DNA from: Mycobacterium leprae TN
GTDB lineage: Bacteria; Actinomycetota; Actinomycetes; Mycobacteriales; Mycobacteriaceae
Direction: 5' to 3'
Length of the DNA: 32,000 nucleotides
NCBI RefSeq assembly: GCF_000195855.1
Contig: NC_002677.1
Coordinates: 1,020,001 to 1,052,000 of the forward strand
Shown here: piece by piece, positions 1 through 11,304 of the stretch
Layout of the letters: the number at the start of each line of letters is the position of its first letter
Position numbering within the stretch: the first letter of the stretch is position 1
The notes under the pieces: generated by a model
What the model saw: the letters and a program-made list of their open reading frames with translations, nothing else
What the model was told of the DNA's origin: nothing
Database searches by the model: none
Translations under genes and position numbers: made by a program

Positions 1-442
1 AGATTACGCCAGGACGGCCGATCACCCGATGCACCGCGTCAAAGTGGCCATTAGCGGCCACACCCGGGCTCACCCGCCACTTGCCACGCAGATTGTCCAG
101 GGCCCATGCCGCTCCGCCGGTTTGGCCTTCGGCTTTGTGGTAGACCGATTGCTGGGTCCGTCGACCGAAGATGATGAACGCCACCAACGCGCCGAGCACC
201 ACGCCGAGCAGGATCAAGGTGATCATGGTCAATCCGCCGACTAGAACTCCTGCCGTCACCGAGGCGCTCACCATCAAGGAGAAGGCGGCAATCATGTACG
301 GTATCAGTCGCTTGTCTTCCGTGCGTTGAATCGTGAACGCCTGCCACAACTGAAGGCGGCGTTGTCGAGACGCGGCCTTACGGGCAGCTTTCGCCTCCGC
401 TCTCGCGGCCTTGTGCGCAGCGGCATTTCGGGGTTTAGCCAT
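1..442 (-). CDS. DUF4191-family membrane protein (Rv2219-like), C-terminus cut by window start
   Basis: Open frame on - strand from ATG at 442: MAKPRNAAAHKAARAEAKAARKAASRQRRLQLWQAFTIQRTEDKRLIPYMIAAFSLMVSASVTAGVLVGG..., two hydrophobic segments, adjacent to lipA as in M. tuberculosis. Not in ORF track because it runs off the edge. Confidence 0.85.
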   Translation of the reverse strand, partial: MAKPRNAAAHKAARAEAKAARKAASRQRRLQLWQAFTIQRTEDKRLIPYMIAAFSLMVSASVTAGVLVGGLTMITLILLGVVLGALVAFIIFGRRTQQSVYHKAEGQTGGAAWALDNLRGKWRVSPGVAANGHFDAVHRVIGRPGVI

Positions 443-468
443 AGTTATCAAGAATACGTAGGTGCGGC

Positions 469-1413
469 TTAACGGGATACCGAGGTACCGACGGTCCGGG
501 TGCCTGCAGCCTGCTCGTAGAGCCGACCGGCGCGATACGATGACCGCACCAGCGGCCCGCCCAGCACACCCGAGAAGCCCAAACCTTCGGCGTATTGCGT
601 GTACTCGACGAACTCCTCAGGCCTGACCCAGCGCTCGACCGGGTGGTGGCGCATCGACGGACGCAGATATTGGGTGATGGTGACGATGTCGCAGCCGGTT
701 TTGCGCAAATCGGCCAGGGCAGTGCGCACCTCATCAGCGGTTTCGCCTAGGCCGAGGATCAGGTTGCTTTTGGTGACCAGGCCGGCCTCGCGCGCTGCAG
801 TGAGCACGTCCAGGCTGCGTTGGTAGGTGAAAGCAGGCCGAATCCGTTTAAAGATGCGTGGCACGGTTTCGACGTTGTGCGCCAACACTTGTGGGCGTGA
901 GTCGAAGACTTCCGCCAGTCGCGCGGGCTGCCCGTTGAAGTCCGGAATCAACAGTTCGACCCCGGTCGACGGATTGAGCTCTTTAATGGCTCGCACGGTT
1001 GTGGCGTACAGCCAGGCACCGCCGTCGGGCAAGTCGTCGCGGGCGACCCCAGTGACGGTGGTATACCGCAGCCCCATGGTTTGCACGCTCTCGGCGACCC
1101 GTCGGGGCTCGTCGCGGTCCAACGCAGCCGGCTTCCCGGTGTCGATCTGGCAGAAGTCGCACCGGCGGGTGCACTGATCACCACCGATCAGAAAGGTGGC
1201 TTCCCGATCTTCCCAGCATTCGAAGATGTTGGGGCAACCGGCCTCTTCGCAGACCGTGTGCAGAGCAACACGGCGGACCAGGTTTTTTAGCGCGGTGTAC
1301 TCTGGTCCCATGCGGGCCCGGGTTTTGATCCATGGCGGCTTGCGCTCGATCGGGGTCTGTGCGTTGCGCACTTCTAATCGCAGTAAGCGGCAGTCTTCGG
1401 GCGCAACAGTCAC
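469..1413 (-). CDS. lipA: Lipoyl synthase (radical SAM)
   Basis: Contains [13 protein letters not shown] and radical-SAM [10 protein letters not shown]. Likely GTG start at 1413 ([30 protein letters not shown]) rather than the upstream ORF start at 1617; GTGA overlap with lipB stop. Confidence 0.96.
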   Translation of the reverse strand: MTVAPEDCRLLRLEVRNAQTPIERKPPWIKTRARMGPEYTALKNLVRRVALHTVCEEAGCPNIFECWEDREATFLIGGDQCTRRCDFCQIDTGKPAALDRDEPRRVAESVQTMGLRYTTVTGVARDDLPDGGAWLYATTVRAIKELNPSTGVELLIPDFNGQPARLAEVFDSRPQVLAHNVETVPRIFKRIRPAFTYQRSLDVLTAAREAGLVTKSNLILGLGETADEVRTALADLRKTGCDIVTITQYLRPSMRHHPVERWVRPEEFVEYTQYAEGLGFSGVLGGPLVRSSYRAGRLYEQAAGTRTVGTSVSR

Positions 1414-2117
1414 AGTGTCGATGTTACGCTGGCAGGAGTGGACAGCCAGCTCAGGGCTAACCAACCGTCCAAAGCGTCGTTGACGGCCTCGGCGATCGCT
1501 GAGCGGACATCGTTGACGGCAACGGTGCGTCCGAGTTCGGCGGACAACGATGTCACCCCGGCGTCGCTGATGCCGCAAGGTACGATGGCGTGGAAGGCGT
1601 CCAGATCGCACTGGCAATTAAGCGCGAATCCGTGCATCGTCGTCGCACGTGACACCCGGACGCCGATAGCGGCGATTTTGCGCGCAGGCTGACCGGCACT
1701 GCCCGGCACCCAGATCCCGGAGCGGCCGTTGACTCGGCTGGTGTCCAGGCCCAGTTCCGCACAGACCTTGATCAATGCTTCCTCGAGGCGTCGAACATAG
1801 TTGACTACGTCGAGCGGCTCGGCAAGCCCAATGATCGGGTAGCCGACCAACTGCCCTGGGCCATGCCAGGTGATCTTGCCTCCGCGGTCGGTTTCCACAA
1901 CGGGAACGCCGTGCAGCGACGGGTTTGGTCGTTCGTGTGGCTGAGTTCGCCGTCCGGCGGTGTAGACTGGCGGGTGCTGCAGTAGCAGCAGCGTGTCGGG
2001 TCCGCCGGCGACCCTGGCGTCGGCCAGGTCTCGCTGTAGTTGCCAGGCGATGTGGTAGTCGACGGTGCCTAGCTGGCGGACATCGATCGCGGTCGGGATC
2101 GACCGGATGGAATCCAT
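1410..2117 (-). CDS. lipB: Octanoyltransferase
   Basis: [39 protein letters not shown]...[10 protein letters not shown]...[20 protein letters not shown]; LipB family motifs; ATG at 2117 inside ORF 1410..2225. Confidence 0.95.
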   Translation of the reverse strand: MDSIRSIPTAIDVRQLGTVDYHIAWQLQRDLADARVAGGPDTLLLLQHPPVYTAGRRTQPHERPNPSLHGVPVVETDRGGKITWHGPGQLVGYPIIGLAEPLDVVNYVRRLEEALIKVCAELGLDTSRVNGRSGIWVPGSAGQPARKIAAIGVRVSRATTMHGFALNCQCDLDAFHAIVPCGISDAGVTSLSAELGRTVAVNDVRSAIAEAVNDALDGWLALSWLSTPASVTSTL

Positions 2118-2181
2118 CACGGAGCCCAGGCTACCCGTAGCCTGTGGGTGTTTGGGTCGTCGGGTGTGTTGCGGCCCGAGC

Positions 2182-3105
2182 CTAGTTCTGGCTCGGTCGG
2201 GTGGTCGCGTAACTGAGCGCCTCACCGATGGTGTTGTGGTGGAACTGGAAACCAGCGCGCTCCAGCGCGGCAGGGATGGCGCGCTGACCGATGAGCAGCC
2301 CTTCGTCGGCGAACTCTCCGAGGGCGGCCCGCACCGCGAAACTGGGCAGCATCAACGGAGTCGGGCGGTTGATTGCGCGACCGAATGCGGTGGTGAACTC
2401 CGCATTGGTGACAGGTGCAGGGCCGGTCAGATTTAATGGGCCGGAGAGCGATTGGTGCGAGATAGCGAATAGCAGCGCCCGCACTTCATCTTCGAGGCTT
2501 ATCCACGACATGTACTGACGGCCGTTGCCTATCCGGGCGCCTAAGGCGAAAGAAAACAACGGCCGCATCCGGCTCAGTACACCAGCCTCTTGAGCCAACA
2601 CCATGCCTGTTCGGGCGAGTATCACACGGGTACCGGCGTATTGAGCCGGCAGCGTGGCACCCTCCCAGTCCTGGCACAGCTGGGCCAGGAAACCTGTTCC
2701 TGCTCGGTCATTTTCATCGACCACGCGATCCCGCGTGTTTCCATAGTAGCCCACCGCGCTGGCGTTGATGAAGGTTTTGACACCAGCTTCCGCGACCGCG
2801 GCAGACAGCACTTCGGTCGGAGTGATGCGGCTGTCCCGTAGGTTCTGCTTGAAGGAGCCTGACCACCGACGCTGGCCCAGGTTGACTCCGCAAAGGTTAA
2901 CGACAGCATCGACGTCGGTTATTGCGTCGGTATCGAACTCACCGCTTTCGGGATTCCAGTGCAGTTCTTCGGCGTTAGCCGGCGTCCGGCGCACGATGCG
3001 CAACACCAGGTGATCGTTAGCGCGCAGCGCCGCGGCCAAAGCAGAGCCGATCATGCCGGACGAACCCGCTATCGCGACAACGGCCTTACGACTAGCTTGA
3101 GCCAC
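2182..3105 (-). CDS. NAD-dependent epimerase/SDR family protein (TIGR01777/DUF1731 type, Rv2216-like)
   Basis: N-terminal Rossmann motif [22 protein letters not shown]; NASAVGYYG; C-terminal ...[15 protein letters not shown]. Confidence 0.9.
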   Translation of the reverse strand: MAQASRKAVVAIAGSSGMIGSALAAALRANDHLVLRIVRRTPANAEELHWNPESGEFDTDAITDVDAVVNLCGVNLGQRRWSGSFKQNLRDSRITPTEVLSAAVAEAGVKTFINASAVGYYGNTRDRVVDENDRAGTGFLAQLCQDWEGATLPAQYAGTRVILARTGMVLAQEAGVLSRMRPLFSFALGARIGNGRQYMSWISLEDEVRALLFAISHQSLSGPLNLTGPAPVTNAEFTTAFGRAINRPTPLMLPSFAVRAALGEFADEGLLIGQRAIPAALERAGFQFHHNTIGEALSYATTRPSQN

Positions 3106-3120
3106 GTTGGCAAGCCTCTC

Positions 3121-4713
3121 CTAAAGACCTAGGTCGGCCTCGAATGCTCCCTCTTCGAGCCGGTGCTTGATGGTAGTGAGGAAACGTCCGGCATCGGCGC
3201 CGTCGATCAGTCGGTGGTCATAGGTCAGCGGCAGATAGCAAATCGCGCGGACCCCAATCGACTCATTACCGCTAGCATCGATGACCACCCGCGGGCGTTT
3301 TACGATGGCTCCGATGCCCAGCATTGCTGCCTGCGGCGGAACCAGGATCGGTGTGTCGAACAACGCGCCCTGGCTGCCGATGTTGGTAATGGTGAATGTG
3401 CCACCGGACAGCTCCTCGGGTTTCAAATTGCCTGACCGAGCCCGGGCGGCGATATCAACAATTGCGCGGGCCAGCCCGGCCAGCGACAAATCACCGGCAT
3501 AGTGGATAACAGGGGAGAGCAGGCCCTTGTCAGTGTCGATTGCGAAGCCGAGGTGCTCGGCGTCGTAATAGGTGATCTCCTTAGTGTCCTCGTTGTAGCT
3601 GGCGTTAATATTGGGATGAATTTTGAGGGCGTCGATCGCTGCCTTGGCGATAAACGGCAGGAAAGTCAGGTTCACCCCTTCGCGCTCGGCGAAAGCTGCC
3701 TTGGCTTTGGCTCGCAACCCCACAATCTTGGCCATATCGACCTCATGGGTCTGGGTGAGTTGCGCCGTGGCCTGCAGGGATTCGCGGGTCTTTTTCGCGG
3801 TGATTTGCCGAATCCGGCTGACCTTTTGGGTGGTGCCTCGCAAGTGGGCCAGCACGGGTGTCGGGGTGGGAGCGGCTGCTGATGGCGCGGATGTCGGTGC
3901 CTGCTGCTGTTTCCGTTGTTCGGCCGCGGCCAGCACGTCCTGCTTACGGATGCGACCGCCCACACCGGTGCCTATCACTTTGGCCAGGTCGATGTTGTTT
4001 TCGGTGGCGAGTTTTCGTACCAGCGGGGTCACGTACGGTGCGCCATTGGCTTCTTTCCTGGCTGGCGTCGGCCGGGACGGTACGGATTCGGCTCTGGGCG
4101 CTGGCGCGGGGGTGGCGATGCTGTCGAGAGTAACACCTATCCGTGCCAACTCACCGCCAACCGGGACGGTTGTGTCTTCGTTGGTGGTGATGCTGACCAA
4201 AACGCCGGCCACCGGTGACGGGATCTCGGTATCTACCTTGTCGGTCGATACCTCTACCAGTGGCTCGTCAGCCTGAACCGAGTCTCCGATCTTCTTAAGC
4301 CAGCGAGTCACCGTGCCTTCGGTTACAGACTCGCCGAGCTCGGGCATCAGAACCGGTGTCGCGGTTGCTGCGCCGGAAGGTTGCTGGGCCGGTGCGGCAG
4401 GTTGGGATGATGCTGCGGGTTCGGGTTGGGCCTTAGGTTCTGGCCGGGGCGCAGGCGCCGCTGCAGCCGCTTCGGAAGGCGCGCCGATAACGGCAAGTTC
4501 ACCGCCCACTTCAACGGTGTCGTCCTCCTGGGCGATGATTTTGGTCAGCACACCCGCGGCAGGCGAGGGGATTTCGGTGTCGACCTTATCGGTCGACACC
4601 TCGACGAGTGGCTCGTCGAGTTCGACCGTGTCGCCTTCCTGTTTGAGCCAGCGGGTAACTGTCCCCTCGGTGACGCTTTCACCGAGTGCCGGCATCTGGA
4701 CGGAGCAGGCCAT
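3121..4713 (-). CDS. dlaT: Dihydrolipoamide acyltransferase (E2) with two lipoyl domains
   Basis: Two lipoyl domains each with [16 protein letters not shown]3-binding domain ([34 protein letters not shown]), catalytic C-terminus with [16 protein letters not shown]; 530 aa. Historically called sucB. Confidence 0.96.
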   Translation of the reverse strand: MACSVQMPALGESVTEGTVTRWLKQEGDTVELDEPLVEVSTDKVDTEIPSPAAGVLTKIIAQEDDTVEVGGELAVIGAPSEAAAAAPAPRPEPKAQPEPAASSQPAAPAQQPSGAATATPVLMPELGESVTEGTVTRWLKKIGDSVQADEPLVEVSTDKVDTEIPSPVAGVLVSITTNEDTTVPVGGELARIGVTLDSIATPAPAPRAESVPSRPTPARKEANGAPYVTPLVRKLATENNIDLAKVIGTGVGGRIRKQDVLAAAEQRKQQQAPTSAPSAAAPTPTPVLAHLRGTTQKVSRIRQITAKKTRESLQATAQLTQTHEVDMAKIVGLRAKAKAAFAEREGVNLTFLPFIAKAAIDALKIHPNINASYNEDTKEITYYDAEHLGFAIDTDKGLLSPVIHYAGDLSLAGLARAIVDIAARARSGNLKPEELSGGTFTITNIGSQGALFDTPILVPPQAAMLGIGAIVKRPRVVIDASGNESIGVRAICYLPLTYDHRLIDGADAGRFLTTIKHRLEEGAFEADLGL

Positions 4714-4952
4714 CTGTTTTGACTCCTCGATCGCTCATAGTTAGGAGCAGGTCGACATCTGGCTTACCACACCGCGGTGTACCGGGCGGGGGACCCAGTG
4801 GATATCGGAACCATCCTGTCACTACGCCTTCGGCGGCATGCACTCAGGGCGGAGCGTATGGCGGTACACAGGGTAGCGCAATGGGCTTGCTACTGTGTGG
4901 CGACTTAAACTATTAGCAGATCTTATAGCAGGTAGCGGTAGGCGGAGGTCGG

Positions 4953-6743
4953 ATGCCAGCAACGCAGTCGATACACAAGGTGCCCCACCAGTTCGTCGAA
5001 AGTCCGGATGGCGTCCGCCTCGCTATCTATCAAAGCGGCCAACCCGAAGGTCCGGCCATCGTGTTGGTGCACGGCTTCCCCGATTCACATGTGTTGTGGG
5101 ATGGTGTTGTTCCGCTGCTAGCCAAGCGGTTCCGAATCGTTCGTTACGACAACCGTGGTGTCGGCCAGTCCTCGGTGCCCAAGCCCGTTTCGGCGTACAC
5201 CATGACCCGGTTCGCCGACGATTTCGCCGCGGTGATCGACGAGCTGAGTCCCGATCGGCCGGTGCACGTACTGGCCCACGACTGGGGTTCGGTGGGTGTG
5301 TGGGAGTACTTGAGCCGGTCCGGTGCCAGCGACCGGGTCGCCTCTTTCACGTCGGTGTCCGGCCCCAGTCAGGACCAGCTAGTTGATTACATCCTGAGTG
5401 GTCTGCGGCGGCCCTGGCGCCCGCGTACCTTCGCGCGCGCGGTGAGTCAGCTATTTAGGCTGACCTATATGGTGCTGTTTTCGATACCGGTTTTGGTGCC
5501 GATGGTTCTGTGGATCGCGCTGTCGAGTGCGACGATTCGGCGCACTATGGTCGACAACATTTCCACGGATCAGATCCATCACTCCGCCACCTTGGCCAGG
5601 GATGCTGCACACTCGGTGAAAACTTATCCCGCCAACTACTTTAGAGCGTTCTCCGGACGCCGACGCGGCAAGGGCGTCCCGGTAGTCAACGTGCCTGTGC
5701 AGCTGATCGTCAACACCATGGACCGGTATGTGCGGCCCTACGGGTACGACGCGACCGCGCGGTGGGTGCCCCGGCTGTGGCGACGCGACATCAAGGCCGG
5801 TCACTTTTCACCGATGTCTCATCCGCAGGTGATGGCCGCAGCGGTGCACGACTTAGCCGACCTGGTCGACGGCAAACAGCCGAGCCGTGCGCTATTGCGT
5901 GCGCAGGTAGGACGTTCCCGCGATACGTTTGGTGACACCCTGGTGTCGGTTACCGGCGCTGGCAGTGGGATCGGCCGCGAGACCGCGCTTGCCTTAGCGC
6001 GCCGTGGCGCCGAGGTGGTTGTCAGCGATATCGACGAGGCCGCTGCCAAGAATACTGCAGCGCAGATTGTCGCGAGTGGCGGTGTCGCCTACGCTTATGC
6101 ACTCGATGTGTCCGACGCGGCAGCGGTCGAAGCATTCGCCGAACAGGTCAGCGCTAAGCATGGCGTCCCCGATATTGTGGTCAACAACGCCGGCATTGGG
6201 CAGGCTGGGCGGTTCCTGGACACCCCGCCCGAGGAGTTCGATCGTGTGCTTGCGGTCAATCTAGGCGGCGTGGTGAACTGCTGTCGGGCATTCGGGCAAC
6301 GCCTGGTGGAACGTGGCACCGGCGGGCACATCGTCAACGTGTCGTCGATGGCCGCCTACGCTCCGCTGCAGTCGCTGAGCGCTTACTGCACTTCCAAGGC
6401 GGCCACCTACATGTTCTCTGATTGTTTGCGAGCCGAACTCGACGCCGTCGGGGTTGGGTTAACCACAATCTGTCCTGGTGTCATCGACACCAACATTATC
6501 CAATCTACTCGCATCGACACACCAACAGCAAAACAAGAGCGAGTCCGGGATCGGCGCGGGCAGCTGGACATGATGTTCAGGTTGCGCCGCTACGGACCCG
6601 ACAAGGTGGCTGACACGATCTTATCCGCGATTAAGAAGAACAAGCCGATCCGCCCGGTCGCGCCGGAGGCCTACGCGCTCTATGGCATTTCCCGGGTGCT
6701 GCCACAAGTATTGCGCAGTACCGCGCGGATACGAGTGATCTAG
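4953..6743 (+). CDS. ephD: Alpha/beta hydrolase (epoxide hydrolase-like) fused to short-chain dehydrogenase
   Basis: N-terminal hydrolase motifs VLVHGFPDS, AHDWGS; C-terminal SDR motifs VTGAGSGIGRETAL, NNAGIGQAG, YCTSKAA; 596 aa. Confidence 0.93.
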   Translation: MPATQSIHKVPHQFVESPDGVRLAIYQSGQPEGPAIVLVHGFPDSHVLWDGVVPLLAKRFRIVRYDNRGVGQSSVPKPVSAYTMTRFADDFAAVIDELSPDRPVHVLAHDWGSVGVWEYLSRSGASDRVASFTSVSGPSQDQLVDYILSGLRRPWRPRTFARAVSQLFRLTYMVLFSIPVLVPMVLWIALSSATIRRTMVDNISTDQIHHSATLARDAAHSVKTYPANYFRAFSGRRRGKGVPVVNVPVQLIVNTMDRYVRPYGYDATARWVPRLWRRDIKAGHFSPMSHPQVMAAAVHDLADLVDGKQPSRALLRAQVGRSRDTFGDTLVSVTGAGSGIGRETALALARRGAEVVVSDIDEAAAKNTAAQIVASGGVAYAYALDVSDAAAVEAFAEQVSAKHGVPDIVVNNAGIGQAGRFLDTPPEEFDRVLAVNLGGVVNCCRAFGQRLVERGTGGHIVNVSSMAAYAPLQSLSAYCTSKAATYMFSDCLRAELDAVGVGLTTICPGVIDTNIIQSTRIDTPTAKQERVRDRRGQLDMMFRLRRYGPDKVADTILSAIKKNKPIRPVAPEAYALYGISRVLPQVLRSTARIRVI

Positions 6744-6749
6744 CCCAGT

Positions 6750-6795
6750 TTACGACAGCAGTCAGACGGAGCTTACGACAGCAGTCAGACGGAGC
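6750..6795. repeat. Perfect tandem duplication, 2 x 23 bp (TTACGACAGCAGTCAGACGGAGC)
   Basis: Copies read directly at 6750-6772 and 6773-6795, starting a few bp after the ephD stop. Confidence 0.97.
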
Positions 6796-7285
6796 GCTTT
6801 GTGGTTGGGTTACTGGCTGGCGTTGACTTCGGCTGTCGATCCAGTTACACGCCGACCACCGCAATAGCCCCGATAACGGCACAAGGGACATACTCCACGC
6901 GTGCCGGGTCAACACGGATGGCTCGCATTGGACCACATAGTTGGCATGCGGGATCGGCTGGTCGATAATCGGCATGCAGCTAGGATTACTGTTGTCAGTG
7001 CTCCAGGCCGTAGTGAGATCGATGTTGAGGGCATTTCTGCAGGCAACAACCGGCTGGTGCTGGCCGGCACCGATACCGGACACCAAGCCCCGATCACACT
7101 GGTTATCAGCACCACGGTGCTTAGTGGTGTAAAGATCAGCCGCTGTACAGTCACAGTCGGCCTTCCACAGGATTTTGATCGCTATCAGGTTGGAGCCGCG
7201 AGACGATCCGGCTAACCTGTCCGCTCTGAGCTCGCGCCTGGTTGATCTTCCCTCATCTAGCCAGCTTGGTCGTCGGCGAAGCGGT

Positions 7286-8860
7286 TTATCCGTGGTTGGC
7301 GATATCCTCGAGCATTGCGAACATGGTCCGGGTTGGCACACCGGTGGCGCCTTTGGGGGTATACCCCCACGGGCTGTCGGTGTTGTATGCCGGGCCGGCT
7401 ATATCTATGTGCGCCCAATCCACTCCGTCGGCGACGAATTCGCGGAGGAACGCGCCAGCCACCAGCATTCCGGCGAAACGTTGCCCGCTAACATTGGCCA
7501 GGTCGGCGACTGTCGATTTCAAGTCATCCTTGAGTTCGTCGGGCAGCGGCATCGGCCAGCCGTTCTCGCCGACCTGCTGCGAGGTCTTGGCAACCCGGTC
7601 GCGGAACTTGTCGCTGCCCATCACCCCGGGTATGCGGGAGCCCAGCGCCACTGTCTGCGCACCGGTCAGGGTGGATGTCTCGATCAGGTAGTCCGGGTTG
7701 TCTTGGCATGCCCGAACAATGGCGTCGGCCAGGATAAGCCGGCCTTCAGCGTCGGTGTTGAGCACCTCGACTGTGATTCCGCCGTATTGCGTCAGCACGT
7801 CGCCTGGCCGCTGCGCCGTTCCCGACGGCATGTTCTCAGCCATTGGTACGGTAGCGACTACGTCAATCGGCAGCTTCAATTGTGCGGCCAGCGTGATGGT
7901 CGCGATGACCGCGGCGGCTCCAGCCATATCCGAGGTCATATGGTGCATCGACGCCGCTGGCTTGATCGATATGCCGCCGGTGTCAAAGGTGATGCCTTTA
8001 CCGACCAGGGCCACCTTCCTGGCATTTTTGGGGTTCTTAGCCAGTCTTGATCCCTGATGAATCAGCCGCACCAGCCGCGGCGTACGCGATGAACCTTGAC
8101 CGACACCGATCACCCCGCCGTAGCCGGCTTTCTGTAACGCCTTATCGTCGAGCACCTCCACTTCAAGACCAGCGGATTCGCCCAAAGTCTTTGCGCATTT
8201 TGCAAATTCGGCGGGAAACAAGTGGCTTGGGGGAGTGTTAACCAGGTCACGGGCGGTGGCAACCGCGCTTGCCACAGTGGCGCCGTGCGCGCTCTGTTTC
8301 TTAGCGTCTTTTGCATTAGCTAGCACCGTGATTTTGCGCAGTCCGTTGTCCTTAGGTGCGGTTTTGCGGCTGCGGAAGTCGGTGAACCGGTAGCTGCCTA
8401 GCATCAGCCCCTCAACGACGGCTGAGCAGATACTGGCACCGGATTCCCCAGGCAACTCGGCCAGTGTGGTGATAACCACTTCCGCTCTGCCGAGTGAACG
8501 CGCCGCCACACCAGCGGCGCGACGGATCGTATCGGCGGGCCACTCTGACCGCGGCTTACCCAAGCTGACCGTTAACACGCTGCCTACCGGTAGCGACGGT
8601 GCTACTAACCGGTGTACCTGATCACTGCCACCTGTGGCTTCCAGTGCGCGCAGGCCGGCCTCGATTTCGGCGACCGCAGCTGCGGTTAGGAAAGGTTCGG
8701 CCGCAGCAACGACCGCGCCCGGCCGGTCTTCGGACTCGTCGCTGTCGCTGGCTGAGACGACGGGCACGATCAATACCGAAGAACTGACATCGTGTTTTGG
8801 CAGCGACGCGGCAACATGGACTGAAGGGCCTTGGTAGCCCGGATCGGTGGTCACGGGCAA
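7286..8860 (-). CDS. pepA: Leucyl aminopeptidase (M17 family)
   Basis: M17 motifs [16 protein letters not shown] and [13 protein letters not shown]; 524 aa; the M. tuberculosis homologue is called pepB. Confidence 0.95.
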   Translation of the reverse strand: MPVTTDPGYQGPSVHVAASLPKHDVSSSVLIVPVVSASDSDESEDRPGAVVAAAEPFLTAAAVAEIEAGLRALEATGGSDQVHRLVAPSLPVGSVLTVSLGKPRSEWPADTIRRAAGVAARSLGRAEVVITTLAELPGESGASICSAVVEGLMLGSYRFTDFRSRKTAPKDNGLRKITVLANAKDAKKQSAHGATVASAVATARDLVNTPPSHLFPAEFAKCAKTLGESAGLEVEVLDDKALQKAGYGGVIGVGQGSSRTPRLVRLIHQGSRLAKNPKNARKVALVGKGITFDTGGISIKPAASMHHMTSDMAGAAAVIATITLAAQLKLPIDVVATVPMAENMPSGTAQRPGDVLTQYGGITVEVLNTDAEGRLILADAIVRACQDNPDYLIETSTLTGAQTVALGSRIPGVMGSDKFRDRVAKTSQQVGENGWPMPLPDELKDDLKSTVADLANVSGQRFAGMLVAGAFLREFVADGVDWAHIDIAGPAYNTDSPWGYTPKGATGVPTRTMFAMLEDIANHG

Positions 8861-9020
8861 TCACCCTAGTCACCGGGGCAGAGATTAGCTCGGCGTCTGC
8901 TAATTCAAGCCCAATCAATCTGGGCTGCCGTCGGCCGTGAAGTTTCATCCAGGTAGCTGATCAGCGCGCGGGAATCTCCCCACGTGAGCCAGTAGCGGAG
9001 GTGGATTACGGTGGGACGAC

Positions 9021-10124
9021 GTGACCGATGCGCCAGAGCTTCTCAAGGGGCCGTTGGAAGACCGTCATCGCGAGCTTGGCGCGAATTTTGCCGAGTTCGG
9101 TGGCTGGCTGATGCCGGTGTCGTATGCTGGCACCGTCAGTGAACACAGCGCCACCCGTAATGCTGTGGGTCTATTTGACGTCAGCCACCTTGGTAAGGCG
9201 TTAGTTCGTGGGCCGGGTGCCGCGCAGTTCGTCAACTCCGTGCTCACCAACGACCTGGGCCGCATACGGCCAGGTAAGGCGCAATATACGTTGTGCTGCT
9301 CAGAGTCTGGTGGTGTTATCGATGACCTGATTGCCTACTACGTCGATGACGATGAGATCTTTTTGGTGTCCAATGCCGCCAATACCGCCGCGGTGGTCGA
9401 CGCATTGCAGGCGGTAGTGCCGGCCGGCCTTACCATCATCAACCAGCATCGCTCCCACGCGGTGTTGGCGGTCCAGGGTCCTCGATCAACGGACGTGCTC
9501 GGCGAGCTCGGGCTGCCAACTGGGATTGATTACATGGGTTACGTCGATGCTTCCTATGCGGGAGTACCGGTGCGCGTCTGCCGCACCGGGTACACCGGCG
9601 AGCAAGGCTACGAACTGCTGCCGCCCTGGGAGTCAGCAGATGTGGTGTTCGACGCGTTGGTCGCCGCTGTGGTTGACGCACGCGGGGAGCCGGCCGGCCT
9701 GGGCGCTCGTGACACACTGCGCACCGAGATGGGTTACCCGCTGTATGGGCACGAACTTTCGCTTGACATCTCGCCGCTGCAGGCCCGGTGTGGCTGGGCG
9801 ATTGGCTGGAAGAAGGATGCGTTCTTGGGCCGGGATGCGTTGCTGGCCGAGAAGGCGGCGGGGCCGCGACGGCTGTTGCGGGGCCTGCGAATGGCTGGCC
9901 GGGGAGTTTTGCGACCTGGGCTGACGGTGTGTGCTGGCGACATCCCGATCGGGGTCACCACGTCGGGGACGTTCTCGCCGACGTTGCAAGTTGGTGTCGC
10001 GTTGGCGTTGATCGACAGCGAAGCCGCGGTGCAGGACGGTCAGCAAATTATCGTCGACGTTCGTGGCCGTGCTGTCGAGTGCGAAGTGGTGCGTCCGCCC
10101 TTCATCGAAGTGAAGACCCGCTAG
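9021..10124 (+). CDS. gcvT: Aminomethyltransferase, glycine cleavage system T protein
   Basis: [57 protein letters not shown]; 367 aa. Confidence 0.96.
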   Translation: MTDAPELLKGPLEDRHRELGANFAEFGGWLMPVSYAGTVSEHSATRNAVGLFDVSHLGKALVRGPGAAQFVNSVLTNDLGRIRPGKAQYTLCCSESGGVIDDLIAYYVDDDEIFLVSNAANTAAVVDALQAVVPAGLTIINQHRSHAVLAVQGPRSTDVLGELGLPTGIDYMGYVDASYAGVPVRVCRTGYTGEQGYELLPPWESADVVFDALVAAVVDARGEPAGLGARDTLRTEMGYPLYGHELSLDISPLQARCGWAIGWKKDAFLGRDALLAEKAAGPRRLLRGLRMAGRGVLRPGLTVCAGDIPIGVTTSGTFSPTLQVGVALALIDSEAAVQDGQQIIVDVRGRAVECEVVRPPFIEVKTR

Positions 10125-10180
10125 CCTCTTTGCTTTAGCGCCACAAAAACCCGTTCGCACGCACATATACAATTGGCGCC

Positions 10181-11287
10181 ATGACCAGCGGCTTCCTCGA
10201 GTTCACGGTGTCACTCTCGGCCCATCCGGTGACTGATGCGGAACGTGAATCGATCCTGGCTGAGCCGGGCTTCGGTAAGTACCACACTGACCACATGGTG
10301 TCGATCGATTACATTGATGGCCGAGGTTGGCACGATGCGCGGGTCATTCCCTACGGCCCGATTCAGCTGGATCCGTCCGCGATAGTGCTGCACTACGCGC
10401 AGGAAGTTTTTGAGGGACTCAAGGCTTACCGCTGGGCGGACGGGTCGATCGTGTCTTTTCGCCCTGATGCTAACGCGGCCAGGTTGCGTTCGTCGGCGCG
10501 GAGAATCGCGATTCCCGAGCTGCCCGACGAGTTATTCATTGACTCTCTGTGTCAGCTCATCGCTGTCGACAATGCTTGGGTGCCCCGGGTCGGCGGTGAA
10601 GAGGCGCTTTATCTGCGGCCCTTCATCTTCGCGACCGAGCCGGGGCTGGGGGTACGGCCAGCCAAGCAGTATCGGTACCTGTTGATCGCCTCGCCGGTCG
10701 GGGCGTATTTCAAAGGCGGCATCAACCCTGTCACGGTCTGGGTGTCGATGGAGTACGTGCGAGCTAGCCCGGGCGGCACCGGTGCGGCCAAATTTGGCGG
10801 CAACTACGCTGCGTCGCTGCTGGCTCAGACCGAAGCCGCAGCCAACGGGTGCGACCAGGTGGTGTGGCTAGACGCCGTCGAGCGCCGCTTCGTCGAAGAA
10901 ATGGGCGGGATGAACATCTTCTTTGTGCTCGGCAGCGGCGGGTCGGCACGCCTGGTCACCCCGGAGCTGTCTGGCTCACTGCTGCCCGGGGTCACACGCG
11001 CTTCGTTGCTGCAGTTGGCTATTGATGCCGGATTCAGTGTCGAAGAACGTAAGATCGATATCGACGAGTGGCAGAAGAAAGCTGCTGCTGGCGAGATCAC
11101 CGAGGTGTTTGCCTGCGGCACTGCCGCCTTCATTACCCCGGTCTCGCGGGTGAAATACGGTGATACCGAGTTTACCATCGCCGGTGGCGCACCAGGTGAG
11201 GTGACTATGGCGTTGCGCGACACGCTAACTGGAATCCAGCGCGGTACTTTTGCCGACACCCACGGCTGGATGGCCCGGCTGGGATAG
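10181..11287 (+). CDS. ilvE: Branched-chain amino acid aminotransferase
   Basis: [59 protein letters not shown]; 368 aa. Confidence 0.96.
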
Positions 11288-11304
11288 TTGGTTGGGTGCC
11301 AGCT

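Noticed and set aside
4895-5386. 163-aa + ORF overlapping the ephD start
   Set aside because: Out-of-frame shadow of ephD, rich in Arg/Pro/Ser, no domain.
6631-7341. 236-aa - strand ORF overlapping the ends of ephD and pepA/pepB
   Set aside because: Overlaps two real genes, no recognisable motif, composition typical of a spurious frame.
9633-10172. 179-aa - ORF and overlapping + frame 9788-10138 across gcvT
   Set aside because: Both are alternate-frame shadows of gcvT, which has strong family motifs across its length.
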